The position numbers and the translations under genes were made by a program. A stretch of 64,000 nucleotides of DNA from Macrostomum lignano (lineage: Eukaryota), in assembly GCA_002269645.1 (NCBI GenBank), contig NIVC01003191.1, forward strand, positions 1 through 64,000. The letters run 5' to 3'. This document shows, piece after piece, positions 33,790 through 47,346 of this stretch; positions within the stretch are counted from its first letter, which is position 1, and each line of letters opens with the position of its first letter. The notes below the pieces were generated by a model. The model saw only the letters and a program-made list of their open reading frames with translations, did not search any database and was not told the DNA's origin.

Positions 33790-34595
33790 ACTCCAGGCAC
33801 TTCCGGTCAGGAAAACAGCCATGTCTGCTTAGGGAACTCCAGTCACTTCCGGTCAGAATTAAACAGCCATATCTACTTAGGGAACTCCAGTCACTTTCGG
33901 TCAGAATTAAACAGCATATCTGCTTAGGAAACTCCAGTCACTTCCGGTCAGAATTAAACAGCCATGTCTGCTTAGGGAACTCCAGTCACTTCCGGTCAGA
34001 ATTAAACAGCCATGTCTGCTTAGGGAACTCCAGTCACTTCCGGTCAGAATTAAACAGCCATATCTACTGGGAAACTCCAGTCACTTCCGGTTAGGAAAAC
34101 AGCCATATCTACTAAGGAAAACACCCATGTCTACTTAGGGAACTCCAGTCACTTCCGGTTAGGAAAACAGCCATATCTACTAAGGAAAACACCCATGTCT
34201 ACTTAGGGAACTCCAGTCACTTCCGGTCAGGAAAACAGCCATATCTACTGGGAAACTCCAGTCACTTCCGGTCAGGAAAACAGCCATATCTACTAAGGAA
34301 AACACCCATGTCTACTTAGGGAACTCCAGTCACTTCCGGTTAGGAAAACAGCCATATCTACTAAGGAAAACACCCATGTCTACTTAGGGAACTCCAGTCA
34401 CTTCCGGTCAGGAAAACAGCCATATCTACTAAGGAAAACACCCATGTCTACTTAGGGAACTCCAGTCACTTCCGGTTAGGAAAACAGCCATATCTACTAA
34501 GGAAAACACCCATGTCTACTTAGGGAACTCCAGTCACTTCCGGTCAGGAAAACAGCCATATCTACTGGGAAACTCCAGTCACTTCCGGTCAGGAA
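33790..34595. repeat. ~47/67-bp tandem repeat with core ctccagtcacttccggt, about 15 copies
   Basis: Directly visible. Confidence 0.93.
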
Positions 34596-35320
34596 AAAAG
34601 AGGAACTAAGTTGGGCAATAATGCTGATAAACTGTACCAAGAGTGATGCAGCTTTCAAACCTGGAACTCCATCAGTCATTAGTTGCAGTCCTGAGAGTTT
34701 ACTGACGGGTTGACAGGCTCATTCAGCCCGTGCATCCCTCAGCCTGGCTAAACATCCTCTCTGGGAACAATGAGTCAGCAGACAATCTCCGTAAAACGCC
34801 CCCCGACCCAGCTCATTGCGCGCGGCATACCAGTATCCGCAGCTTCATCGCCCAGTCTACGATAATTCGCGCGGCGGCGTATTTAGCAATGGCATTAGCA
34901 GACCGGCAGAGGCTGGAAGCCGAACAGAGAAGCATAGAAATATTCGTTGGAAAGGAGAAAATCTGGGTTTTTTATCACTTTGGCCACTGCATTGTTATTG
35001 ATCGAAAAGTTAGCATAGGTGCCCGGATACTGCATCCTCTCTCCCGCCTCACCACCTTTGCAAGGATACACTTTGCCGCTCCCGGGCGGGGACCTCAGCG
35101 GACTTGGCAATCGCCTATCATTTTGGCTGACTGCCCCCCCCCCCCACGACAACCACCGCAGTCTCAGTGCGAACACCGCCAACCGCCCGTAGCCCTCACA
35201 GATTACCGCTTTTCATCCGCAGAATCTGCGCTAGCCGCAGCAGCCAAATTGGCCAAATTGGCTGCATAACCGGATGGGGAGCTGGGAGGCGGTCAATGCC
35301 AAGGTGCGAAGTGACACCTA

Positions 35321-36005
<685 letters not shown>

Positions 36006-37014
36006 CACGGCACGGGTATATTCATGCATCAATCCTTCTATTCCTAGCGGAAAGGACTCCTAATATGAGTGTATGAGTGTAACGCAAAAAGTGAAGTTAA
36101 TGTCACTCCAGAGGCCCAGCTGAATAAGGTTGCCTTTAGGTGACTATTTAATTCACTGTAATGAATTAATAAAGCCTCATGTCACGCTGAGCTTGTTCCA
36201 TTGGGTGGTAAGAGAATACCTGCTGCCACAGTCACAGCCATGGGCTATGGAACAATGGAAATTCTAAATCACAGGCTGGTGGCTTCAGAACTGTAAACAC
36301 CCAACTGCGACTAAAAAAGTTGCTGTAGAGCGGAGCAGATGTCGTGTGTTAAAATCGAAGAAAATTCTTCAAATAAGAAGTTTGCAGGACATCTAAACCG
36401 CTGGCTTTCGAATCTAAGAGCTATTAATTAGATAGGCACATTTCAGATCGTAAATCATTATTGTCTGCATTTTTTGGCGTGGGCGTGGCCTAGGAGCCAT
36501 TAGTGCCGTTGGCATTTGCCAAGTGTACAGGTACCGTTCATATCTCTCTGGTATATTAAAATATACAAATATACAAATATACAAATAGAAGACCAAATCT
36601 GTAACATGTTTTAGCCACTAAAGTAAACTTAAGTCGCCAAAATTAATTCCTTGACTATCAAGATGACGAGCAGAGACAGCTCTGCAATTTGATTCCACAT
36701 TTTTTACATGGCAAACCATTACAGTCATTATCGGCCCTCCTACACGCAATGTACTTTCCCTTGTTGCAATGGCGTAGGACCAGCAGGAACTCCTCAGTCT
36801 GAGTTGTAATCTGAGTAATTATTCAGTAGTTTGAGCAGTTTGGTTCCGACAACAGGGGCCAACTGAGGGACTCTGTACGTATCCACTGCCTGAGTCTGTA
36901 CACCCTTCAGAATTCTGTGGTATTTACACATTCCTGTAGATTTTGCATGTGTAGTTTGGGTGTCTGTGTTTGCAGCACCCTGTCTCCTTCTAGCCCACGT
37001 AGGAGCTTCTGCTA

Positions 37015-37657
37015 GCGCACCTTGCACTCCTGTCCTAATCTAGCACACCTTTCACTCCTGTCCTAATCTAGCACACCTTGCACTCTTGTCCCTTATCTAG
37101 CACACCCTGCACTCCTGCCCTAATCTAGCACACCTTGCACTCCTGTCCTAATCTAGCACACCTTGCACTCCTGTCCTAATCTAGCACACCTTGCACTCCT
37201 GTCCTAATCTAGCACACCTTGCACTCTTGTCCCTTATCTAGCACACCCTGCACTCCTGCCCTAATCTAGCACAAATTGCACTCCTGTCCCTAATCTAGCA
37301 CACCTTTGCACTCCTGCCCTAATCTAGCACACCTTTGCACTTCTGTGTCTAATCTAGCACACCTTTGCACTCCTGCCCTAATCTAGCACACCTTTGCACT
37401 TCTGTGCCTAATCTAGCACAACTTGCACTCCTGTCCTAATCTAGCACACCTTGCACTCCTGTCCTAATCTAGCACACCTTGCACTCCTGTCCCTAATCTA
37501 GCACACCTTGCACTCCTGTCCTAATCTAGCACAAATTGCACTCCTGTCCCTAATCTAGCACACCTTTGCACTCCTGCCCTAATCTAGCACACCTTTGCAC
37601 TTCTGTGCCTAATCTAGCACACCTTTGTACTTCTGTGCCTAATCTAGCACACCTTGT
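37015..37657. repeat. ~28-29-bp minisatellite (gcacaccttgcactcctgtcctaatcta)
   Basis: Directly visible. Confidence 0.93.
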
Positions 37658-38127
37658 AGCCCTGCCCAATTTCAATAAAAAACTGTCCTACGTACTCGTA
37701 CGAGTCACATGCTAAAAAAGCCTTAATAAACAATGTTCGCACTTGTGAAATTCTCACCCAACAACCCTATCCCATTCAGCCCTTGGGGCATGAAGTTTTG
37801 TAACATTTTCGGGTCCAGCCAGTAAGTAAAGTGAGGCTTCAATACTCCGACACAAAATCATAATTAATTCGATTGCTCAAACTGGGAGAACTCTCTAAAA
37901 AGACAGAAAATATCCTGGATTTTAGTTGAAGCATTAGTTGACTCGATTTACCATGGTCTTCATTCGAACTATTCGATTGAAGCAGGCCTGCGGGCTTGGT
38001 CAGATTTCGGTTCGACATGGTCTGACATTCTTTTATATTAGTGCAACTGCAGTGCGAGAGGCCGGAAGGGCGTCAGACAGAGGAACTGAGGACATGGGTT
38101 GTACCGGAATAATTCCAGCTGGGAATT

Positions 38128-40316
38128 GAAGTTCATGGAAATTCATAGAAATTCATGTAAATTCATGGAAATTCATAGAAATTCATGGAAATTCATGGAA
38201 ATTCATAGAAATTCATGGAAATTCATGGAAATTCATAGAAATTCATGGAAATTCATGGAAATTCATGTAAATTCATGGAAATTCATGGAAATTCATGGAA
38301 ATTCATGTAAATTCATGGAAATTCATGGAAATTCATAGAAATTCATGGAAATTCATGGAAATTCATGGAAATTCATAGAAATTCATGGAAATTCATGGAA
38401 ATTCATGGAAATTCATGGAAATTCATGGAAATTCATAGAAATTCATGGAAATTCATGGAAATTCATAGAAATTCATAGAAATTCATGGAAATTCATGTAA
38501 ATTCATGGAAATTCATGGAAATTCATGGAAATTCATGTAAATTCATGGAAATTCATGGAAATTCATAGAAATTCATGGAAATTCATGGAAATTCATGGAA
38601 ATTCATAGAAATTCATGGAAATTCATGGAAATTCATGTAAATTCATGGAAATTCATGGAAATTCATAGAAATTCATGGAAATTCATGGAAATTCATAGAA
38701 ATTCATAGAAATTCATGTAAATTCATGGAAATTCATGGAAATTCATAGAAATTCATGGAAATTCATAAAAATTCATGTAAATTCATGGAAATTCATGGAA
38801 ATTCATGGAAATTCATGGAAATTCATGGAAATTCATGGAAATTCTTGTAAATTCATGTAAATTCATGGAAATTCATAGAAATTCATGGAAATTCATGGAA
38901 ATTCATAGAAATTCATGGAAATTCATGGAAATTCATGTAAATTCATGGAAATTCATAGAAATTCATGGAAATTCATGGAAATTCATGTAAATTCATGGAA
39001 ATTCTTGGAAATTCATAGAAATTCATGTAAATTCATGGAAATTCATAGAAATTCATGGAAATTCATGGAAATTCATGTAAATTCATGTAAATTCATGGAA
39101 ATTCATGGAAATTCATGTAAATTCATGGAAATTCATAGAAATTCATGGAAATTCATGGAAATTCATGTAAATTCATGGAAATTCTTGGAAATTCATAGAA
39201 ATTCATGTTAATTCATAGAAATTCATGGAAATTCATGTAAATTCATGTAAATTCATGTAAATTCATGTAAATTCATGTAAATTCATGTAAATTCATGTAA
39301 ATTCATGTAAATTCATGGAAATTCATGGAAATTCATGTAAATTCATGGAAATTCATGGAAATTCATGGAAATTCATGGAAATTCATGGAAATTCATGTAA
39401 ATTCATAGAAATTCATGGAAATTCATGGAAATTCATGTAAATTCATGGAAATTCTTGGAAATTCATAGAAATTCATGTAAATTCATAGAAATTCATGTAA
39501 ATTCATGTAAATTCATGTAAATTCATGGAAATTCATGTAAATTCATGTAAATTCATGTAAATTCATGGAAATTCATGTAAATTCATGGAAATTCTTGGAA
39601 ATTCATAGAAATTCATGGAAATTCATGGAAATTCATGTAAATTCATAGAAATTCATGGAAATTCATGGAAATTCATGTAAATTCATGTAAATTCATGGAA
39701 ATTCATAGAAATTCATGGAAATTCTTGGAAATTCATAGAAATTCATGTAAATTCATGGAAATTCATGTAAATTCATAGAAATTCATGGAAATTCATGGAA
39801 ATTCATGTAAATTCATGTAAATTCATGGAAATTCATAGAAATTCATGTAAATTCATGGAAATTCATGTAAATTCATAGAAATTCATGGAAATTCATGGAA
39901 ATTCATGTAAATTCATGGAAATTCATGTAAATTCATAGAAATTCATGTAAATTCATAGAAATTCATGTAAATTCATAGAAATTCATGGAAATTCATGGAA
40001 ATTCATGTAAATTCATGTAAATTCATGGAAATTCATAGAAATTCATGGAAATTCATAAAAATTCGTGAAAATTCGTGGAAACTCAGTCCAAATTCATGGA
40101 AATTCGTGGAAATTCATGGAAATTCATGGAAATTCATGTAAATTCATGTAAATTCATGGAAATTCATAGAAATTCATGGAAATTCATAAAAATTCGTGAA
40201 AATTCGTGGAAGCTCAGTCCAAATTCATGGAAATTCATAGAAATTCGTGGAAATTCATGGAAATTCATGGAAATTCGTGGAAACTCATGGAAGTTCGTGG
40301 AAATTCATGGAAATTA
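38128..40316. repeat. 10-bp satellite (aaattcatgg with atag/atgt/ttgg variants), ~2.2 kb
   Basis: Directly visible. Confidence 0.98.
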
Positions 40317-41306
40317 TTAGCTGTAGAGTTTGGTACCTGGGAAACTCAAGAATATTAACAATTTCCATATTCCCATACGGGGTCTTGAGACTGAAGATCT
40401 CAGGACTCTGGATATTTAGAGTCCTGACATTTAAGTCCCGGGTCCCATATATGAGATTGTGGCATTTATGCAGTAGTTTTATTGGCTGCCAAATAAATTA
40501 TTGCATACCTAAATAGTGCTATATTTCTCCTAGTAATTATTTTGATGCGATAATAAATGAAAATGATACAACTCATTAGAATGTACAAGGCAAGGCTACA
40601 GCTCCCGGTAAAGATGCCATACCTCTAGAGTGAGTAGCGCGGAACCCCTGTCCCAGTTTCTCAGCCCCGCTGGTTCTGTCAAGCAATTCCCAAAGCCAAG
40701 TACTTATTGGAAACAAAACGGTAAAAATCTTCAATGAACAATGTTCTTCTAATCCAATTGAAACAAATGAGAAGGCGATTTTTTGAACAGAATATAAAAT
40801 TAATCTTCAAAATGGGAATGCGTGTGAAAATTGCAAGGCAGAAGGGTAAAGAGGGAACTTGCAGAGAAGGAAGCAGGGTCACAATGGGGAAAATAAATTA
40901 CAGAAGAGAAAAGGGAGAGGAGGACAGATAGAAAGATAGAGAGCTTATTATCAACATTTGAATATGATTGCAATTTCTAACAACTTCAACGCGTTTCGCA
41001 CGCCATGGTGCATCGTCAGGATATTATTCGAACGATTTGAGAAAGTGAGATTGAAAACGATTGATTAAATATTGGTTTTTGCAACGCACACAGGTAAGGA
41101 GGGTAAGATTGAAAACAATTGATTACAACTTGGCTTTAACAACATACATAGGTAGGCAGGAGATAGAATTATAGATTGAGATTGAAAATTAAACCAAATG
41201 TACACAATTCTGTCCAGTCGTCAAAAGGCAGAATCAGGGGCGGTAGCTTAAGTAATTGAACGTCAAGCTAAGTGTACACCGCGTACACGACTGTGTCACT
41301 CACTGT

Positions 41307-41486
41307 TCAGAAAACGCGGAGAACGTGACCTGCACCACTATGTTGTAATTGGGTGTTGAGATTCGGGGTCTGAGCTTTTATGTGCAGGGCTTCGAGAATT
41401 CTAAGTTTGGCGTCAGTATGGCTTTGGTCAATGATTTTAAAGTGTTCTGGTTTGCAGTCATTGCAGTTAGTGCATTCAAGGAGGTG
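41307..41486 (-). mobile_element. Penelope-like element 3' remnant (C-terminus of GIY-YIG endonuclease)
   Basis: HLLECTNCNDCKPEHFKIIDQSHTDAKLRILEALHIKAQTPNLNTQLQHSGAGHVLRVF* matches the HL...FKIL...L.ILEAL.I...P.LN.Q pattern of PLE endonucleases. Confidence 0.7.
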
Positions 41487-41574
41487 AGTTCAAAGTGCAT
41501 TCAAAGTGAGATTTATTCTTCTCGCCAAGCGAGCGACTCTACCAGCAGAAAGATAGAGACAGACAGGACAAGAC

Positions 41575-41652
41575 AGGCAGGCAGAAAGAGACAGACAGAC
41601 AGATAGACAGACAGACAGACAGACAAACAAACAGACAGACAGACAGACAGAC

Positions 41653-41718
<66 letters not shown>

Positions 41719-41720
41719 GC

Positions 41721-41791
<71 letters not shown>

Positions 41792-41960
41792 TAGACAGAC
41801 AGACAGACAGACAGGACGAGATAGACAGACAAGAAGAGACAGGCAGAGAGACAGGAAGAGACATACAGTCAGGAACAGACAGTCAGGAACAGACAGTCGG
41901 GAACAGACAGTCGGGAACAGACAGTCGGGAACAGACAGTCGAGAACAGACAGTCGGGAAC
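41575..41960. repeat. (GACA)n microsatellite grading into a 14-bp gacagtcgggaaca repeat
   Basis: Directly visible. Confidence 0.93.
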
Positions 41961-42339
41961 AGGGAGCAGAGAAGTATTTTGTAGCCGAGCAGCTTACTCC
42001 AGGCTCCCAGGCCTCGAGAAGCCACTTATACAATGCAACGTGAGCCAACTCATATATCAGGGCACTTCCGCCAAATGCCGAAAAATTATACGCTTACTAT
42101 CGAAAAAAGAGAATTTCAATTGCCTGAATACCATTGGCATTGGACCTCAACTAATAATTTATAACCAGCAGGCAGACGACCGAGCCGCTGCGCTGTGACA
42201 GCTGAGACTCGAGAGGGCGCCGTGAATTTCAGATTAGCCTTGAGTATATGTGCAGTTAACTAAATTAGTGAATAAAATTCTGCGATCCTGATGTTTCATT
42301 CTGTGTTGTTAGCTCAGGTGTGAGCGATTGAATAGATCT

Positions 42340-42650
42340 TTTATGAGAAAATCTCATATGGGAATTGGATAATCTCATGCTGAAGTGAGAAAATCTCATA
42401 TGAGAACTGGATACTCTCATGCTGAACTGGGAAAATCTCATATTAGAATTTGCTGAAGTGAGAAAATCTCATATGAGTATTTGATAATCTCATGCTGAAC
42501 TGGGAAAATCTCATATTAGAATTTGCTGAAGTGAGAAAATCTCATATGAGAATTGAATAATCTCATGCTGAACTGGGAAAATCTCATATTAGAATTAGAT
42601 AATCTCCTGCTGAAGGGAGAAATCTCATATGAGAACTGGATAATCTCTCA
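42340..42650. repeat. Degenerate AT-rich tandem repeat (gataatctcatgctgaa..gaaaatctcatat)
   Basis: Recurrent motifs visible. Confidence 0.75.
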
Positions 42651-43249
42651 TGCGCTAAGTAAAAAGCATATATTGAAAAAGCTTCTCTGTCCAACTTTTT
42701 CATCTTGCCAAGAGAGACAGGCGGGAATTGTTGGTTGAGTTCAAATTGAAAGCTCTGAATGCCAAAGCAGTTCTGGTCCGCAGTGAGTGACTCAGCGAGT
42801 GGCGGGGGCTCCGACAGACAATGCTCAGAAAGTCAGGCTAGAGAAAGTAGGGCTTTAAAAAGACTTTTTGAATCCCAAAAATAACTACTAAAGGTATATT
42901 GAAGTCAGGGTTGAGCCAGGTAAGTCTGTGTGAGTAGTTGAAGCTTTAATCTGGACACTTCCTTACTGTTGTTGCAAAAGACATAGCAGGCTAGAAGACA
43001 GGGGCTAAATCCTGCTTAAAAAGACCTAAGTGTGTTCTCACTGAGTTAAACATTTTTGTCCAACCATTTTTTTTAATTTTAGCATGAACTGCGAACTTTA
43101 AAGTATAAAATAGTTTCCGAATAGTGAAGTGTTGAAAAGACGGTAAAATATTTTGTTTAAATTACTCGTACTTCTGTTTGTTTATAATAAACTTAGTAGT
43201 ATTTTCAAGCTGTTTCTCTTGCCTAAAAAATATTGTCAAAGGAATAATT

Positions 43250-46200
43250 TCCAGGAACTTACTTGGTCAACAAAGTCAAATCCAAACTGCTGATAAATGC
43301 CCGACTGTCTTCCTGTCCCAGTGTCTGTCCCAGAGTCTGTCCTAGTAGTGTCTGTCCCAGTGACTGTCCTAGTGACTGTCCTAGTGTCTGTCCCAGTGTC
43401 TGTCCCAGTGACTGTCCTAGTAGTGTCTGTCCCAGTGTCTGTCCCAGTGACTGTCCTAGTAGTGTCTGTCCCAGTGACTGTCCTAGTGACTGTCCTAGTG
43501 TCTGTCCCAGTGTCTGTCCCAGAGTCTGTCCTAGTAGTGTCTGTCCTAGTGACTGTCCCAGTGTCTGTCCCAGTGTCTGTCCCAGAGTCTGTCCTAGTAG
43601 TGTCTGTCCCAGTGACTGTCCTAGTGTCTGTCCCAGTGTCTGTCCCAGAGTCTGTCCTAGTAGTGTCTGTCCCAGTGACTGTCCTAGTGACTGTCCCAGT
43701 GTCTGTCCCAGTGTCTGTCCCAGAGTCTGTCCTAGTAGTGTCTGTCCCAGTGACTGTCCTAGTGACTGTCCTAGTGTCTGTCCCAGTGTCTGTCCCAGAG
43801 TCTGTCCTAGTAGTGTCTGTCCCAGTGACTGTCCTAGTGACTGTCCTAGTGTCTGTCCCAGTGTCTGTCCCAGAGTCTGTCCTAGTAGTGTCTGTCCCAG
43901 TGACTGTCCTAGTGACTGTCCTAGTGTCTGTCCCAGTGTCTGTCCCAGTGTCTGTCCCAGTGACTGTCCTAGTAGTGTCTGTCCCAGTGACTGTCCTAGT
44001 GACTGTCCTAGTGTCTGTCCCAGTGTCTGTCCCAGAGTCTGTCCTAGTAGTGTCTGTCCCAGTGACTGTCCTAGTGACTGTCCTAGTGTCTGTCCCAGTG
44101 TCTGTCCCAGAGTCTGTCCTAGTAGTGTCTGTCCCAGTGACTGTCCTAGTGACTGTCCTAGTGTCTGTCCCAGTGTCTGTCCCAGTGACTGTCCTAGTGT
44201 CTGTCTCAGCGTCTGTCCCAGTGACTGTCCTAGTGTCTGTCCCAGTGACTGTCCTAGTGTCTGTCCCAGTGTCTGTCCCAGAGTCTGTCCTAGTGTCTGT
44301 CCTAGTGTCTGTCCTAGTGTCTGTCCTAGTGTCTGTCCTAGTGTCTGTCCCAGTGTCTGTCCTAGTGTCTGTCCCAGTGTCTGTCCTAGTGTCTGTCCCA
44401 GTGTCTGTCCCAGTTACTTGGTCAACTACTACCTACTTGATCTCCTTGGAACTTACTTGGTCAACAAAGTCAAATCCAAACTGTTGATAAATGCCCGACT
44501 GTCTTCCTGTCCCAGTGTCTGTCCCAGTGTCTGTCCCAGTGACTGTCCTAGTAGTGTCTGTCCCAGTGACTGTCCTAGTGACTGTCCTAGTGTCTGTCCC
44601 AGTGTCTGTCCCAGAGTCTGTCCTAGTAGTGTCTGTCCCAGTGACTGTCCTAGTGTCTGTCCAGTGTCTGTCCCAGTGTCTGTCCCAGAGTCTGTCCTAG
44701 TAGTGTCTGTCCCAGTGACTGTCCTAGTGACTGTCCTAGTGTCTGTCCCAGTGTCTGTCCCAGAGTCTGTCCTAGTAGTGTCTGTCCCAGTGACTGTCCT
44801 AGTGACTGTCCTAGTGTCTGTCCCAGTGTCTGTCCCAGTGTCTGTCCCAGTGACTGTCCTAGTAGTGTCTGTCCCAGTGACTGTCCTAGTGACTGTCCTA
44901 GTGTCTGTCCCAGTGTCTGTCCCAGAGTCTGTCCTAGTAGTGTCTGTCCCAGTGACTGTCCTAGTGACTGTCCTAGTGTCTGTCCCAGTGTCTGTCCCAG
45001 AGTCTGTCCTAGTAGTGTCTGTCCCAGTGACTGTCCTAGTGACTGTCCTAGTGTCTGTCCCAGTGTCTGTCCCAGTGACTGTCCTAGTGTCTGTCTCAGC
45101 GTCTGTCCCAGTGACTGTCCTAGTGTCTGTCCCAGTGACTGTCCTAGTGTCTGTCCCAGTGTCTGTCCCAGTGTCTGTCCCAGTGACTGTCCTAGTGTCT
45201 GTCCCAGTGTCTGTCCTAGTGTCTGTCCCAGTGTCTGTCCCAGTTACTTGGTCAACTACTACCTACTTGATCTCCTTGGAACTTACTTGGTCAACAAAGT
45301 CAAATCCAAACTGTTGATAAATGCCCGACTGTCTTCCTGTCCCAGTGTCTGTCCCAGTGTCTGTCCCAGTGACTGTCCTAGTAGTGTCTGTCCCAGTGAC
45401 TGTCCTAGTGACTGTCCTAGTGTCTGTCCCAGTGTCTGTCCCAGAGTCTGTCCTAGTAGTGTCTGTCCCAGTGACTGTCCTAGTGTCTGTCCCAGTGTCT
45501 GTCCCAGTGTCTGTCCCAGAGTCTGTCCTAGTAGTGTCTGTCCCAGTGACTGTCCTAGTGACTGTCCTAGTGTCTGTCCCAGTGTCTGTCCCAGAGTCTG
45601 TCCTAGTAGTGTCTGTCCCAGTGACTGTCCTAGTGACTGTCCTAGTGTCTGTCCCAGTGTCTGTCCCAGTGACTGTCCTAGTGTCTGTCTCAGTGTCTGT
45701 CCCAGTGACTGTCCTAGTGTCTGTCCCAGTGACTGTCCTAGTGTCTGTCCCAGTGTCTGTCCCAGAGTCTGTCCTAGTAGTGTCTGTCCCAGTGACTGTC
45801 CTAGTGACTGTCCTAGTGTCTGTCCTAGTGTCTGTCCCAGTGTCTGTCCTAGTGTCTGTCCCAGTGTCTGTCCTAGTGTCTGTTCTAGTGTCCTTCCCAG
45901 TGTCTGTCCCAGTATCTGTCTTAGTGTCTGTCCCAGTGTCTGTCCCAGAGTCTGTCCAAGTGTCTGTCCCAGTGTCTGTCCCAGTGTCTGTCCCAGAGTC
46001 TGTCCAAGTGTCTGTCCCAGTGTCTGTCCCAGTGTCTGTCCCAGTGTCTGTCCCAGTGTCTGTCTCAGTGTCTGTCCCAGTGTCTGTCCCAGTGTCTGTC
46101 CTAGTGTCTGTCCCAGTGTCTGTCCTAGTGTCTGTCCCAGTGTCTGTCCCAGTGTCTGTCCTAGTGTCTGTCCCAGTGTCTGTCCTAGTGTCTGTCCCAG

Positions 46201-47040
46201 TGTCTGTCCCAGTTACTTGGTCAACTACTACCTACTTGATCTCCTTGGAACTTACTTGGTCAACAAAGTCAAATCCAAACTGTTGATAAATGCCCGACTG
46301 TCTTCCTGTCCCAGTGTCTGTCCCAGTGTCTGTCCCAGTGACTGTCCTAGTAGTGTCTGTCCCAGTGACTGTCCTAGTGACTGTCCTAGTGTCTGTCCCA
46401 GTGTCTGTCCCAGAGTCTGTCCTAGTAGTGTCTGTCCCAGTGACTGTCCTAGTGACTGTCCTAGTGTCTGTCCCAGTGTCTGTCCCAGTGACTGTCCTAG
46501 TGTCTGTCTCAGTGTCTGTCCCAGTGACTGTCCTAGTGTCTGTCCCAGTGACTGTCCTATTGTCTGTCCCAGTGTCTGTCCCAGAGTCTGTCCTAGTGTC
46601 TGTCCTAGTGTCTGTCCTAGTGTCTGTCCTAGTGTCTGTCCTAGTGTCTGTCCCAGTGTCTGTCCTAGTGTCTGTCCAAGTGTCTGTCCTAGTGTCTGTT
46701 CTAGTGTCCTTCCCAGTGTCTGTCCCAGTATCTGTCTTAGTGTCTGTCCCAGTGTCTGTCCCAGAGTCTGTCCAAGTGTCTGTCCCAGTGTCTGTCTCAG
46801 TGTCTGTCCCAGTGTCTGTCCCAGTGTCTGTCCTAGTGTCTGTCCTAGTGTCTGTCCCAGTGTCTGTCCCAGTGTCTGTCCTAGTGTCTGTCCCAGTGTC
46901 TGTCTCAGTGTCTGTCCCAGTGTCTGTCCTAGTGTCTGTCTCAGTGTCTGTCCCAGTGTCTGTCCTAGTGTCTGTCCCAGTTTCTGTCCTAACTGCCTGT
47001 CCTACTGCCTGTCTCAATACCTGTCTCAGTAGCCTGTCCG
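43250..47040. repeat. 12-bp satellite (gtgtctgtccca) organised as four ~0.8-1.2-kb higher-order units separated by a repeated ~100-bp non-satellite spacer
   Basis: Spacer ggaacttacttggtcaacaaagtcaaatccaaactg.tgataaatgcccgac at ~43254, 44448, 45278 and 46247. Confidence 0.95.
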
Positions 47041-47064
47041 CCTGTCAGGCAGTCAGTTGCTCAC

Positions 47065-47346
47065 CTGGTTGCTATCCAGTCCCCAGAATTCGAGCTCCTC
47101 CTCGAACAGGGGGCCGCACACATCGGTAGGGTAGTGCAGCTTGCCAGTTCTGTAGTAGTTGAGTATCTGCGCGAACACCCCGGGGTGCCTGTCGAAGAAG
47201 TACTCGTTCAACATCGGGTCGTAGTTGGCCAAGGCTTCGGTGAGCCGAGACAGCCTCGTAGCTGGAATCTTTTTCAGTGTCGCCTTGTAGGTCTCGTGCC
47301 GAATGCCGCCAACATTGAGGATGACTCGATTGTCAGCATCAGCCAT
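47065..47346 (-). CDS. Shaw: Shaw/Kv3 exon 1 (T1/BTB tetramerisation domain)
   Basis: [35 protein letters not shown]...[47 protein letters not shown]|gtgagc, typical of invertebrate Shaw. Confidence 0.97.

Noticed and set aside
36794-37027. CKYHR motif reminiscent of Gypsy gag
   Set aside because: Single short motif; no second Cys pair, LTR or pol sequence.
43263-47129. Cys/Pro/Ser-rich 400-680 aa ORFs, and a CRISPR-like reading of repeat plus spacer
   Set aside because: 12-bp satellite translations. The spacers are identical copies rather than unique, there are no cas genes, and the context is eukaryotic.
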